DNA of 64,000 nt from an uncultured virus (IMG/VR IMGVR_UViG_2821904334_000002) (IMGVR_UViG_2821904334_000002); one strand, 5' to 3'; shown: positions 1-9,441, counted from the stretch's first letter. Notes: generated from the letters alone by a model not told the origin. Translations and numbers: made by a program.

Positions 1-465
1 CAGATTACAACTCACCCTTTAAACTATGAACTAGATTTATCAAGAGGTATTTACATTTCATCTAAGGTAAACATATCAGATAGTACACTAATTACAGATG
101 AAGTATTCTTAAAAAGAATTAAGAAACTAGTACATTGCGGATTAATTAGAGCCTACAAAGTAAACGAAGGGGTAGTACGATTCTACATTTCGATTTTCGG
201 TAGTGAGTTATACAAGCAAAACGCTGAAAAGTATAAACAACAATTATCAGAAACAAACTTAGCAGGTATTGATGGATTACTTGAAAATTCAGTAGGAGTA
301 TCCAAGAGAACTTCTTCTACCGCAAAGCATCATAAAAAGAAACCACATACAAAGGGTTCTTACAAAGGTAAACAGCCATATAAGAAGAAACCGTATCAAG
401 GAAAGTCAGATAGTACGCAAAAACCGAGCAAACCTCATTATAAGAAAGATGATAATACAAAATGA
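1..465 (+). CDS. hypothetical protein, 5'-truncated by window edge; Lys/His/Pro-rich basic C-terminal tail
   Basis: Frame 1 open from base 1 to TGA at 463-465; tail KHHKKKPHTKGSYKGKQPYKKKPYQGK. Confidence 0.7.
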   Translation, partial: QITTHPLNYELDLSRGIYISSKVNISDSTLITDEVFLKRIKKLVHCGLIRAYKVNEGVVRFYISIFGSELYKQNAEKYKQQLSETNLAGIDGLLENSVGVSKRTSSTAKHHKKKPHTKGSYKGKQPYKKKPYQGKSDSTQKPSKPHYKKDDNTK

Positions 466-635
466 GAGGTTTAGAGATATTATTTCTCGTATTCGTTGGA
501 ACGGTATTACTATATGTGTTTAGTAATTCATGGGGTTGGAGTCAAGAAGTAAAAAGACTCGTTATATTTGGGATTACGGTTCTTACAATGATAGGAACAG
601 TAATCGGAGTAGTGATTTACGGAATACACATCTAA
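462..635 (+). CDS. small membrane protein (2 predicted TM helices)
   Basis: Read manually: MRGLEILFLVFVGTVLLYVF...IYGIHI; ATGA overlap with upstream stop. Confidence 0.55.
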   Translation: MRGLEILFLVFVGTVLLYVFSNSWGWSQEVKRLVIFGITVLTMIGTVIGVVIYGIHI

Positions 636-673
636 GGGTTAAGATGTGGAAACAAAAGAGGTGAGCAAGAGAC

Positions 674-835
674 ATGCCAACAATGTTAATATATGCGTAT
701 ACATTATCAGTTTTGATTTTCGTATTCATGTTATGGACGAAGATGGAGACTACAAAGTTTAAGAAGGTATTCTTAACAGGGGTAATTGGTGCTTCCTTAT
801 ATGCATTAAACTATTTCGGTTTATTCTATAGCTAA
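674..835 (+). CDS. small membrane protein
   Basis: SD GAGGTG upstream; MPTMLIYAYTLSVLIFVFMLW... Confidence 0.55.
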   Translation: MPTMLIYAYTLSVLIFVFMLWTKMETTKFKKVFLTGVIGASLYALNYFGLFYS

Positions 836-896
836 GGGTTAAGTTATAGACGAGTAAACGTAAAAAGAAACTATGGAGAGTATAGGAGTGTTTATC

Positions 897-1094
897 ATGA
901 AAGCAGAATACACAGTACACATTTTAAAACTGGGTTTAGGGTTCATGCTTGCAACATCTATCATAATCGGTTTAGTAAAGAACTTTAGTGTTAGTCCAAT
1001 AGAAGTCATTGCATTATTCGTTTTGATTTTAATTACACCTAAAACAAATTTAGCTTGGAAAGACCTAGTAGCTGTTTGGAATGGTCGAAAATAA
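897..1094 (+). CDS. small membrane protein
   Basis: ORF track; start moved to ATG after SD GGAGTG; two hydrophobic segments. Confidence 0.55.
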   Translation: MKAEYTVHILKLGLGFMLATSIIIGLVKNFSVSPIEVIALFVLILITPKTNLAWKDLVAVWNGRK

Positions 1095-1344
1095 GATGGG
1101 AAAAATGACACCACCACTCGGCATAACAGGGTACAGAAAACCTGTTACAAGAAAGTTAATGAGACAGCTAGTAGAAGAGAACAAATTTCATTTTATTACA
1201 GGTTATTCTCCAATCATATACAAACCGGAGTTAGGGTTATATGTTTGTCATATGGATGAGAGATACGATAATAAAACAGTAGAGGAACTTTGGGAAGTAT
1301 TAAGGGGTAGTAGAGGAGGAAGACAGTTATGCTATCAGGATTAA
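1081..1344 (+). CDS. hypothetical protein
   Basis: ORF track, overlapping operon arrangement. Confidence 0.55.
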   Translation: MVENKMGKMTPPLGITGYRKPVTRKLMRQLVEENKFHFITGYSPIIYKPELGLYVCHMDERYDNKTVEELWEVLRGSRGGRQLCYQD

Positions 1345-1658
1345 AACGGATATTCAAGCCAAACAAACAAGCAATGAAAGAGAAAGATATCATTATAAAC
1401 ATTAAAGTTATGCAAAAAGATAGAAAGAAATTAGAAACTGAAAGAGCATTAAAAATAGATGAAATGTGCGAAGCGGTTAAAGGTATATCAAAAGAAAACA
1501 AAGATGAAGTAAGTACAAAACTAACAAAAGATATTATGGAAATTAACGCACAAATTGACCCGAAAATTGAAGAGTGTAACTTACGTATCCAAGAGCAAAT
1601 GGATAAAGCAAGATATTTAAAACTAGATGTAGGGTACATAGAAGAAATGGTAAGCTAA
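1329..1658 (+). CDS. coiled-coil hypothetical protein (~110-aa family)
   Basis: SD GAGGAGG; helical charged sequence. Confidence 0.65.
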   Translation: MLSGLKRIFKPNKQAMKEKDIIINIKVMQKDRKKLETERALKIDEMCEAVKGISKENKDEVSTKLTKDIMEINAQIDPKIEECNLRIQEQMDKARYLKLDVGYIEEMVS

Positions 1659-1859
1659 CTAGATGGGATTCTTAACAGACTTTATTATTTTATCTACAGT
1701 ACCAAGTGTGGCATTATTACTAACAAAGAAGTTTCCAATGAAACTAAGAATTGTATTAGTTATTAATATGGGTTATTATCGTAGTTTTTATGCTAAACAC
1801 GGAAGCATATAAAGTAGACGGATGTTTAAAAGGTTGTAAATAAGAGAGGGGTAGTTACA

Positions 1860-2198
1860 ATGAATACAGAAACTCAATCTATGCATTTATTAGAAAAGGC
1901 AGTAGAACAGAAGGTCAAACTACTATTAACAAAGCAAGAAGAACAGAGACTTATTGAAATTGAAAATAACTATTTAAGTTTAAACGGATTACAATTAGAC
2001 GTACCAAGCGTTTTAGTACATACAGAGAAAACATTAGAGATAAGAAAAACATACGCAAACAAAATAAAAGAAATAGGAAAACAGTACGAGAAAGTAATGC
2101 TTCTACTAAATGCGATGTATCCGAACAAAGAAGAATTAGAGAGAGCGATTAATAATGAAACGGTAAAAGCATACCAGTTAGGAAAGTATACACTATAG
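1860..2198 (+). CDS. coiled-coil hypothetical protein (~110-aa family)
   Basis: Resembles 2522..2851 (TLEIRKTYANKIKEIGKQYEKVM vs TVQVQEMYNRNIEKEYASYKAIL). Confidence 0.65.
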   Translation: MNTETQSMHLLEKAVEQKVKLLLTKQEEQRLIEIENNYLSLNGLQLDVPSVLVHTEKTLEIRKTYANKIKEIGKQYEKVMLLLNAMYPNKEELERAINNETVKAYQLGKYTL

Positions 2199-2213
2199 AA
2201 GGGGTAGAAAACT

Positions 2214-2525
2214 ATGTTAAACTTTACAGAAGCGGTAGTAAAGCATATACAGAAACATATTAATATAATAAAAGACATTAATGCAGAAGAAGAACGAGTA
2301 ATTACAGATTTAAAGTTTGTAATAGAATCAAATAGGAAAGTAAACGACATGTTAGGGGTATTTGAAGCAGAAGAAAAGTTATTAAACAAAAGATTAGAAT
2401 TTAATAACCAAAAGAAAACAGCATGGTCAAATTTACAATCAGTTGTTTCACTTGCAAGTGATTTAGATGTAGAATCACAAATGAAACAAATGATTGCTTC
2501 TATTTTAGAAGGTAAAGGGTTATGA
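2214..2525 (+). CDS. coiled-coil hypothetical protein
   Basis: ORF track, SD AAGGGGTAG. Confidence 0.65.
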   Translation: MLNFTEAVVKHIQKHINIIKDINAEEERVITDLKFVIESNRKVNDMLGVFEAEEKLLNKRLEFNNQKKTAWSNLQSVVSLASDLDVESQMKQMIASILEGKGL

Positions 2526-2851
2526 CAAATAAGGAAAGTATTATAAACGCTTTAGTAAGATGTCATAATGCAATTGTTCAGTTAAAGGAACTAGAAAAGT
2601 TAAGAAAAGAAGCGATAGAAGTTGATTCTTCTAATTTAAACTTAGATTATATCATGAAGAAACATAATGAAACGGTACAAGTACAGGAAATGTATAATAG
2701 AAACATTGAAAAAGAGTATGCAAGTTATAAGGCGATATTAAAACTAGCAGAAGAGTTGGGGTACAGTGAGAAAGAGTTAAAGCATAAAAGTAAATTAAAA
2801 GTAGAAGAGTTAACTAAGTCAGCAGAGAAAGGGGTAGGAAGTAATGACTGA
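2522..2851 (+). CDS. coiled-coil hypothetical protein (~110-aa family)
   Basis: ORF track; ATGA overlap. Confidence 0.65.
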   Translation: MTNKESIINALVRCHNAIVQLKELEKLRKEAIEVDSSNLNLDYIMKKHNETVQVQEMYNRNIEKEYASYKAILKLAEELGYSEKELKHKSKLKVEELTKSAEKGVGSND

Positions 2852-3734
2852 GGTACATAAGTGCAATAACGGTCAAAAGTTTGATAAACAACAAAGAAAA
2901 CTAGTTCCATGTGAAATATGTAAACGAGAACGTAAAAATGAAGTACGTGATGGAATTTTAAATGAACAAACTGGTAACCGTGAATCACTATCTGTTCATT
3001 TAGGTATTGACCAAAGATACGTTTCAGATATGTATAGTCCTGATACAATCATTGGTAAAACAGACTTATACTACCTCGAAGACAACTCTGTACATGAGTT
3101 TAATGCAGTAGTAGAAGCGATAATGGCTGGTCTAACTGGTGGTCAATTACCTACAACTTCATTTGTTATGTATGCAGGTCGTCATGCTGAGTTACAGAAA
3201 CTAGCTTATTGTTTCTTAGCGTCAGCGTATAAAGGGTTATTAACAGTAGGTAGAGTTCTAACAGCTAGAGAGATTCGAGTAAACAAGTATAAAGAAGATT
3301 TTGATGAGTATTATAAGAAAGATATAATTGTAGTTATTATGACAGATGACGCAGATAGCGTAACTTTTGGAGAGGTTCAAGGGTTTATGCAAGAGCGTTC
3401 ATTAAACAACAAACCTACAATTGTATTATTAAGTAATCGTAGGAACTTTACATTAACAATCGGTAGACTTTGTAGTTTAAGTGAAGAAAGATATGATTTA
3501 GGGGTATTCATCGGTGTGAACTACAAGCAAGGTTTAGATATGTCAGAAGAAACAATCAAAATTGCTACAAAAGCCTTTAAAGTATCAAATGAAACATTAG
3601 GAACAACTCAAAGGTTAGAAGATATTATGAGAATACCAAATGAGAATCTAAAGACTACAGATGCGGAAATGCAGTCATTTGATATGGAGAAGTTCACAAA
3701 AGGAAATCTAAACTTCAATGGTAAAGGAAGCTAA
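2844..3734 (+). CDS. DnaC/DnaI/IstB-like helicase-loader-fold protein with degenerate Walker motifs
   Basis: N-terminal Cys cluster (HKC...PCEIC); FMQERSLNNKPTIVLLSN matches the DnaC/IstB R...KPTIxTSN signature; Walker A position reads YAGRHAELQKLA. Confidence 0.55.
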   Translation: MTEVHKCNNGQKFDKQQRKLVPCEICKRERKNEVRDGILNEQTGNRESLSVHLGIDQRYVSDMYSPDTIIGKTDLYYLEDNSVHEFNAVVEAIMAGLTGGQLPTTSFVMYAGRHAELQKLAYCFLASAYKGLLTVGRVLTAREIRVNKYKEDFDEYYKKDIIVVIMTDDADSVTFGEVQGFMQERSLNNKPTIVLLSNRRNFTLTIGRLCSLSEERYDLGVFIGVNYKQGLDMSEETIKIATKAFKVSNETLGTTQRLEDIMRIPNENLKTTDAEMQSFDMEKFTKGNLNFNGKGS

Positions 3735-3736
3735 GT

Positions 3737-4000
3737 ATGTTAAACTATGTAGTATCTCATATGGTTACAATTTCTTGGATAATTAGTTTCTATTTCTTTA
3801 TTGACTCGTTAATACAATTAAACAACAAAGAAAAGAGAAAAGAAGAAGAATTTAACAAAATGGTAGGGAAGAGTCATAAAGACCTATTTACAGATTTCGC
3901 ACTTAAAACACTAGTTCTGCTCTCAATAGGGGTATTTGGTATCTACACGGATATGTTTGAAACAGCAATTAAATCTTTACTAAACTTTAATCTATATTAA
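3737..4000 (+). CDS. small 2-TM membrane protein, paralog of 4162..4431
   Basis: Hydrophobic ends; YTDMFETAIKSL vs TTDGFAYTVHAL. Confidence 0.6.
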   Translation: MLNYVVSHMVTISWIISFYFFIDSLIQLNNKEKRKEEEFNKMVGKSHKDLFTDFALKTLVLLSIGVFGIYTDMFETAIKSLLNFNLY

Positions 4001-4161
4001 GGAGGGGTATTAGTGGAAAACTTATTAACTAGTTTTCCATTTTCTTTTGTCTTTTTAGTTGTGCTTACATACACAATATTTTCAATGTTTTCAATGAAAG
4101 ACATGAAGAGAATGGATGAAGAACACTTTAAATTACCTGTAAAACAGAAAGAAGGGTTATA

Positions 4162-4431
4162 ATGGAATTCGTATATGTACTTAACTCTATATTCGTTATA
4201 GGGGTATGGGTTATTACACTTAAAACTTGTATTTCTTTCTTGAAAACATTATCTTTCAATAAGAAAGTAATAGACAAGGAACAGGGGTATGAAGAGAAAG
4301 AATTATTAAATGTAGAAAACAGTCAAACGAAAGTAAAGAACCAGTTAATATTCTTTGTCGTTATTACCGCTTTATACGTAACTACAGATGGTTTTGCTTA
4401 TACTGTTCATGCATTACGTAATTTGTTTTAG
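4162..4431 (+). CDS. small 2-TM membrane protein
   Basis: ORF track, hydropathy pattern. Confidence 0.6.
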   Translation: MEFVYVLNSIFVIGVWVITLKTCISFLKTLSFNKKVIDKEQGYEEKELLNVENSQTKVKNQLIFFVVITALYVTTDGFAYTVHALRNLF

Positions 4432-4472
4432 TTTCCTATCATTGCTATACTAAAAGATATGTAGTAACTTAT

Positions 4473-4501
4473 TTGACAAATAAAGAACTCTATGTTATAA
4501 T
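4473..4501 (+). promoter_or_regulatory. sigma-A type promoter
   Basis: TTGACA-N17-TATAAT with extended -10 TG. Confidence 0.85.
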
Positions 4502-4541
4502 AAATTTATAAGTTAAAGCAATTACATATAAGGGAGAGATT

Positions 4542-4790
4542 ATGATGAATGTAGTTCAATTATTAACGGGTAAAAACGTAAAAGGTTTATATAAGATTAC
4601 GCATTCAATTAGTGAGTCATGGATTGGAGCAGTAGTAAACGTACAAGAAGATACAGACATACATGAAGGTAAATATCGTTACATTATTGTTAAAGGTGTA
4701 GAAGACCAATCAATAAACCATGTAGTAAACAATGCATTACCTTTAGTGGGTGCAGTAACTACAGCTGAGTTTGAAAAGGTTGGAGAGTAA
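4542..4790 (+). CDS. hypothetical protein, paralog of 4792..5055
   Basis: NNALPLVGAVTTAEFEK vs NSKLPLVDAVLSADFIK. Confidence 0.7.
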   Translation: MMNVVQLLTGKNVKGLYKITHSISESWIGAVVNVQEDTDIHEGKYRYIIVKGVEDQSINHVVNNALPLVGAVTTAEFEKVGE

Positions 4791-4791
4791 T

Positions 4792-5055
4792 ATGAGAATT
4801 TTAACAATTATAGATGTTATTCAAACTGGTATAATCGGAGATAAGTTTCGTATTATTGATTCAACTAATATAGATTGGGTAGACTTACAAATTACCATTT
4901 CAAAATCATCTGAACCTAAAACTGAATCATCAAAAGATATTACTATAACTGATTTACCGATGGGTTGGTCAAGTGGTTTTGAGTTAAACTCTAAATTACC
5001 TTTAGTAGATGCAGTTTTATCAGCAGACTTTATAAAAGAAGAAATAAAAAACTAA
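4792..5055 (+). CDS. hypothetical protein
   Basis: Start moved to ATG 4792 after GGAGAG; paralog of preceding gene. Confidence 0.7.
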   Translation: MRILTIIDVIQTGIIGDKFRIIDSTNIDWVDLQITISKSSEPKTESSKDITITDLPMGWSSGFELNSKLPLVDAVLSADFIKEEIKN

Positions 5056-5058
5056 AGT

Positions 5059-5091
5059 AAGAAGGGGTAAATAACTCCTTCTTTTCTTTTT
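5059..5091 (+). terminator. intrinsic terminator
   Basis: AAGAAGGGGT/ACTCCTTCTT stem followed by T-rich run. Confidence 0.6.
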
Positions 5092-5116
5092 AACTAAGAA
5101 GGGAGAGAAACAAGAA

Positions 5117-5407
5117 ATGGAATGTCCATATTGTAAAGGAAATTTAGACTATAATACTACATGGTATACAGGGTTGTATGGGAGAGAAGACTATCAAGAA
5201 AGAGGTATTGAGTATAAGTGTCCAAACTGGCAAGGTTTCAGTGACGAGGGAGAAAGGCAAGCTTATATAGAAAGAAACAATATAGTAGTAGGTAAAGACC
5301 AAGAATTTAAAACAGTTGAAGAAGTTATTTGTAAAAGCCATGAAGAGTGTAACGGTGATTTTTATACAGACGGAAGTGAAGAACTGATACAAGGAAATCC
5401 ATGTTAG
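5117..5407 (+). CDS. Cys-rich (zinc-ribbon-like) hypothetical protein
   Basis: CPYC...CPN...C...C. Confidence 0.65.
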   Translation: MECPYCKGNLDYNTTWYTGLYGREDYQERGIEYKCPNWQGFSDEGERQAYIERNNIVVGKDQEFKTVEEVICKSHEECNGDFYTDGSEELIQGNPC

Positions 5408-5419
5408 GGGTAGAAGACA

Positions 5420-5800
5420 GTGAAGTTGAAAGCAGTAGTAATAGAAGTAATAGAGGAAACATTAGAAGTAAGTAAAACAGTAGTCTATTTAGAACCAAAC
5501 ATACATGATAACATTAGTAAAGTAGGTATAAACCAGTTAGGTTGGTTCAATAGTATAAAAGAAACTTCTGTACATGAAAATATTATCGCTTTAACAGAAG
5601 AAAATGGTACGTATACAAAGAAAACCTATTTCTCACCAAACTATCCAAAACCTACAGTCGGGTTTGTATACGGAAAAGCCTTATTTGTAGGGTTAAACGA
5701 AGAAGGAGAGTATGTCGCTTTAACAAACGAGCAAATACACCTGATAATGAATTACATACCTATTCTTTCAAAAGGTGTAAACCTTCTATATCAAGAGTAA
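5420..5800 (+). CDS. DUF3846-like protein
   Basis: GKALFVGLNEEGEYVALTNEQI resembles the DUF3846 C-terminal G..f.g.d.eG...sLt.eqi pattern. Confidence 0.55.
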   Translation: MKLKAVVIEVIEETLEVSKTVVYLEPNIHDNISKVGINQLGWFNSIKETSVHENIIALTEENGTYTKKTYFSPNYPKPTVGFVYGKALFVGLNEEGEYVALTNEQIHLIMNYIPILSKGVNLLYQE

Positions 5801-6038
5801 ATAAAGTTTTCAAAGTATCAATAAAAAGGTATTTCAAACAAATCGAATATTTTTGAGTTATCTTTTTAGGTATACAGGTAGGGAACTAAGCTAGGAAACG
5901 AATAGGTTTACACTAAGAAACAAAATATTAGAAAAAGTAGGGAAGGTTGCTTAGATACCTTCCTTTTCTTGTACAAACAGATAGTTAGTAATAAAGAAAC
6001 AAGTTTAATACATTCATGAGTTTAATTAAAAATTAAAG

Positions 6039-6063
6039 TAACTTTGCTATCTCACCATTGTCT
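6039..6063 (+). promoter_or_regulatory. candidate ECF-sigma-like promoter (TAACTT-N16-TCT)
   Basis: TAACTTT-N10-CATTGTCT; same motif and spacing at 18033 and 53394. Confidence 0.45.
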
Positions 6064-6136
6064 ACTCGTCCTCCAAATAAACGACAAAATTTTTACTATT
6101 TTTCTATCAAACTACTGAAATAAATCACAAATATGT

Positions 6137-6165
6137 TTGACAAATAAAGAAACTTATGGTATAAT
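6137..6165 (+). promoter_or_regulatory. sigma-A type promoter
   Basis: TTGACA-N17-TATAAT, TGG extended -10. Confidence 0.85.
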
Positions 6166-6211
6166 AAATACATAAGGTTAAGGTAATACAAAAGAGAGAG
6201 GAAGATATAAA

Positions 6212-6616
6212 ATGAGTACAGATAATACATTGCAAGTGGCAGAAGGTAAAGCAAACGTATTAAAGTTATATGTAACTGAAAATGTAGATTTAAAATGGGA
6301 AGTTATTCAGCTAGAAACCAATGAAGAAGGTTTTATCGAACATGAAACTATTGTAAAAGCAATAAACGGTGGAGAGTATGTAGGCGGTATGTGTGCATTA
6401 GAAACTTCATCTTTATACTATGATGAGGAAGGTATTAATAACTTCGAAACATGGTTTGCAATTAAAACTCCATATGAGTATACAACAAAGGTTTATGGGG
6501 TAGGAGTCTTTGTAGGTCATGGTATAGATGAAGAACCGATTGGTCTAACTGAAGAAGAAATAAAAGAAATGCGAGAGCGTTGTGAAATTCGAGGGTATGG
6601 AAGCAAACAGAATTAA
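6212..6616 (+). CDS. DUF3846-like protein
   Basis: YYDEEGI...GVGVFVGHGIDEEPIGLTEEEI. Confidence 0.55.
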   Translation: MSTDNTLQVAEGKANVLKLYVTENVDLKWEVIQLETNEEGFIEHETIVKAINGGEYVGGMCALETSSLYYDEEGINNFETWFAIKTPYEYTTKVYGVGVFVGHGIDEEPIGLTEEEIKEMRERCEIRGYGSKQN

Positions 6617-6680
6617 GTAAAAGCAAGAATTGAATAGGGGTAGTTGGGTTGCTACCTCTTTCTTGTCATAAAAACTGGAG

Positions 6681-6878
6681 GTGTATGTAATGAAACGATT
6701 CTTTACAGAATTTATTAATACAGAAACGCCAAACCAAGAAGTATGTCAGGAAGTAGTAGAAGCTAGTACAAGGAATGAACTATTTAAGAGTATGAGAAAA
6801 CGTAGTGATGTAGGTCTTCTATTACGTGTGGTAGAAGATAGAGGGGAGGTAAACCCTAATGAGTCATGTAAGTACTAA
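6681..6878 (+). CDS. hypothetical protein
   Basis: SD GGAGGTG; ORF track. Confidence 0.55.
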   Translation: MYVMKRFFTEFINTETPNQEVCQEVVEASTRNELFKSMRKRSDVGLLLRVVEDRGEVNPNESCKY

Positions 6879-7188
6879 GATTCCAAGAGTACAATCTGAA
6901 ATTAAAGTGAAAGACCAGTATGTAGAAAATGATATAAGAATTGTAGAACTGGATACAGATTATGATTTCTTAGAAGGTTTGTTTATAAACCTAGCTTGCT
7001 TTATTAGAAGTGATAAAGTCAAGAAACTACGTGCTGATATATTTAAGTTAAATGTAAACGGTTGTCTATTATCGTTTAAAGAGGGTATACGTGCGTATGA
7101 ATTATTAAACATGTATGATAATAGATATGAAACAAGAGAAGGTACAACAATTGGTAATATACACGGAAAACACAATAGGAGGAAGTAA
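6859..7188 (+). CDS. hypothetical protein
   Basis: SD GGGGAGGT; INGxxFxxKxG-like segment shared with N-terminus of next gene. Confidence 0.6.
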   Translation: MSHVSTKIPRVQSEIKVKDQYVENDIRIVELDTDYDFLEGLFINLACFIRSDKVKKLRADIFKLNVNGCLLSFKEGIRAYELLNMYDNRYETREGTTIGNIHGKHNRRK

Positions 7189-7189
7189 C

Positions 7190-7849
7190 ATGGGAGTATC
7201 AATTTTAAAACAATTTAGAAACGATGAAAAACGAGTATTCAAACTGGAAATGGATTCTTCAAGTGCATTTAACGAAGACATCTATAAAGAAATGACAGAC
7301 TGGGTTAATAGTGACTTATTTAATAGGTACAGTAGTCTTGAAATTGTAACTACAATTAATGGTGTAACTTTTGAAGTAAAACGAGGCGATACACCAGAAA
7401 AACTGAAAGCCCGTCATGTAGAAAAGCGTGAACGTATTGATTCTGTAGATAGAGCGTTACGTGTCAGAGTAGGAGAACCAAAAGGTGTGATTGTATTAGA
7501 TGTAAAAGAAACTCATTTCACATCAGACCTTAAATCTTGTGAAATCACAAGTGAAGGGGTAATATCAAACGAAGAAATTTCTCGTTTGATGGGTGCAAAA
7601 TACTTTATTCCGATGCCATTCAGTGAAACGATTGATATGTTAGTAGACGAAGAGGGTATTTTAAGACAAGATAAGTATGTAGATGTTATCACACCTAGAG
7701 ATACGATTCGTTTATATGGTAAAGTAGTATTTGTAAACCGTACAGACGATGGGGATTATACACCATTAACACAAAATCAAGAGCATAAACTGATTGATAT
7801 GATTCGTGCAAAAGATTTTGGAGAGAACGTACACAAGATGCAACCCTAA
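7190..7849 (+). CDS. two-domain protein with C-terminal DUF3846-like domain
   Basis: Start at ATG 7190 after AGGAGG; MLVDEEGILR...LYGKVVFVNRTDDGDYTPLTQNQ. Confidence 0.6.
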   Translation: MGVSILKQFRNDEKRVFKLEMDSSSAFNEDIYKEMTDWVNSDLFNRYSSLEIVTTINGVTFEVKRGDTPEKLKARHVEKRERIDSVDRALRVRVGEPKGVIVLDVKETHFTSDLKSCEITSEGVISNEEISRLMGAKYFIPMPFSETIDMLVDEEGILRQDKYVDVITPRDTIRLYGKVVFVNRTDDGDYTPLTQNQEHKLIDMIRAKDFGENVHKMQP

Positions 7850-7866
7850 TAAGGGTTGTTTCTTTC
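7841..7866 (+). terminator. intrinsic terminator
   Basis: CAACCCT/AGGGTTG stem + TTTCTTT. Confidence 0.55.
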
Positions 7867-7892
7867 TATTTTAATGTAACTAGGAGGTTTTT

Positions 7893-8075
7893 ATGAAAAC
7901 TAAGAAAGAAATCGAAGAGGAAATTGTGGCATATCAAAACACAATCAAAAACTACCGTAAATCAGTAGCAGGCGGTAAGTTTCCGAAGGATGAACTACCA
8001 AACATCATAAGGGAAAACCAAGCAGGTATCTCCGCACTCTTATGGGTGTTAGGAGAGAATGATAGATTCGATTAA
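7893..8075 (+). CDS. hypothetical protein
   Basis: SD GGAGG; ORF track. Confidence 0.6.
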   Translation: MKTKKEIEEEIVAYQNTIKNYRKSVAGGKFPKDELPNIIRENQAGISALLWVLGENDRFD

Positions 8076-8129
8076 AGGATAGGTGAAACATGGATTATTA
8101 CTTTATACAACCAATAGGAGGAATGGGTT

Positions 8130-8654
8130 ATGAGAAATCACATTATATTAACTTATAAGAAACATAATACGCAAGTACATGAAGAAACGGTAAACATGAG
8201 TATACATGCTACTGAAAGTATGTTGAAAACAATAAAGAGAGAAGGATGTAAGGGTACAATTTACTTAGCAAACATAAAAGGTCAGCTTTGGGATTCTGTA
8301 GATGTAAAACAAGTAAATGAGTATGGGGCAGTTATTTTTGAAGAGTCAAACTGGGTAACAGCAAGTAATTACATAACAGACTCAATTAAAGATAAGGTGA
8401 CAGTAGAAGACCTTCAAAATTACGTAGCGGATTTTAAAAGAGTGAATTGTTACGAAGATGAAACAGTAGAAAAGAGAGTGAATCATTTATTTAAACAAAC
8501 TGATAGGTTAGCAGATGCAATCGCACAAGAGAATAAAGAACAAGTGAGTAAAGACTTATATTATGCGATGTGGAATCTTATGGATATTGCAAACAAATTA
8601 GGTATTGATGTAAACGAAGTATGTAAGAAAAGAATGGAAGAGAAATACGAGTAG
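8130..8654 (+). CDS. MazG-fold paralog with lost metal-binding residues, plus extra N-terminal domain
   Basis: C-terminal half aligns with next gene (WNLMDIANKLGIDVNE vs WNVFDLANKLDINVNE) but SEVGEL becomes KQTDRL and LEMFD becomes KDLYY. Confidence 0.65.
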   Translation: MRNHIILTYKKHNTQVHEETVNMSIHATESMLKTIKREGCKGTIYLANIKGQLWDSVDVKQVNEYGAVIFEESNWVTASNYITDSIKDKVTVEDLQNYVADFKRVNCYEDETVEKRVNHLFKQTDRLADAIAQENKEQVSKDLYYAMWNLMDIANKLGIDVNEVCKKRMEEKYE

Positions 8655-8664
8655 GAGGGGTAGT

Positions 8665-8961
8665 ATGCCAAACGATGGGGAGTTAACAATAAAAGACTTT
8701 CAAAAGCATGTGGAAGACTTTTGCAAGGAAAAAGGTTTTGAAAACACTTCTATTGAAATGAGAACAATGTATTTAATGTCAGAGGTAGGGGAGTTAGTAG
8801 ATTCCATACTAAAGGGAGATAAGACTGAAATAGGTTTAGAAATGTTCGATGTAGTTTGGAATGTATTTGACCTAGCAAACAAGTTAGATATAAATGTAAA
8901 CGAAGCATTTCAAAATAAGATGGATATTAATAAAGACAGAGTTTGGGTTAATCAAGAATAG
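8665..8961 (+). CDS. mazG: MazG-like nucleotide pyrophosphohydrolase
   Basis: LMSEVGELVDSI...EIGLEMFDVVW (ExxE...ExxD) all-alpha NTP-PPase motif. Confidence 0.8.
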   Translation: MPNDGELTIKDFQKHVEDFCKEKGFENTSIEMRTMYLMSEVGELVDSILKGDKTEIGLEMFDVVWNVFDLANKLDINVNEAFQNKMDINKDRVWVNQE

Positions 8962-8972
8962 GGGTAGTTGAC

Positions 8973-9152
8973 TTGAAAGAAGACATAAAGATTTCAGAAG
9001 AAAAACCTACTATAGAAGAAGAAAAACCGGATAAAGAGAAGAAAAGAGGATTTTCTGAAGTGATAGACTTCATACTTGATGAGGTAGTATTTAATATTCT
9101 ACTGTTTCCATTTAAACTGATAGGAAAGATAATTAAAAACATATTCGATTAA
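8973..9152 (+). CDS. small protein with amphipathic C-terminus, paralog of 9442..9645
   Basis: Read manually from TTG; ends FKLIGKIIKNIFD vs FRLIGWFFKG...IEHIFD. Confidence 0.55.
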   Translation: MKEDIKISEEKPTIEEEKPDKEKKRGFSEVIDFILDEVVFNILLFPFKLIGKIIKNIFD

Positions 9153-9170
9153 AGAATAGGGGTAGTAGAG

Positions 9171-9428
9171 TTGAAACAAAGATGGCGTAAAACAAAGAAT
9201 ACGAAGAGTTGGTTATGTGATTTCTGTCAAGACTTCACATTAGTAGAGAAAGACTATAAACCTGAAACGTGTTGTAATGGTTACATGTGTGGTTGTTATG
9301 GAATGGTAAACAATACAGTGTTATGTAAGAAGTGTGAAAACCGTATGAATCTAAATGCAAAACTAAGAAGTAGAAAACTATCAAAACGAGGATTACACAA
9401 CGTAAAAGTAGATGTGTATCTCCCTTAA
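9171..9428 (+). CDS. Cys-rich hypothetical protein
   Basis: CDFC...CCNGYMCGCYG...CKKC. Confidence 0.65.
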   Translation: MKQRWRKTKNTKSWLCDFCQDFTLVEKDYKPETCCNGYMCGCYGMVNNTVLCKKCENRMNLNAKLRSRKLSKRGLHNVKVDVYLP

Positions 9429-9441
9429 AAGGGGGTAGTCA

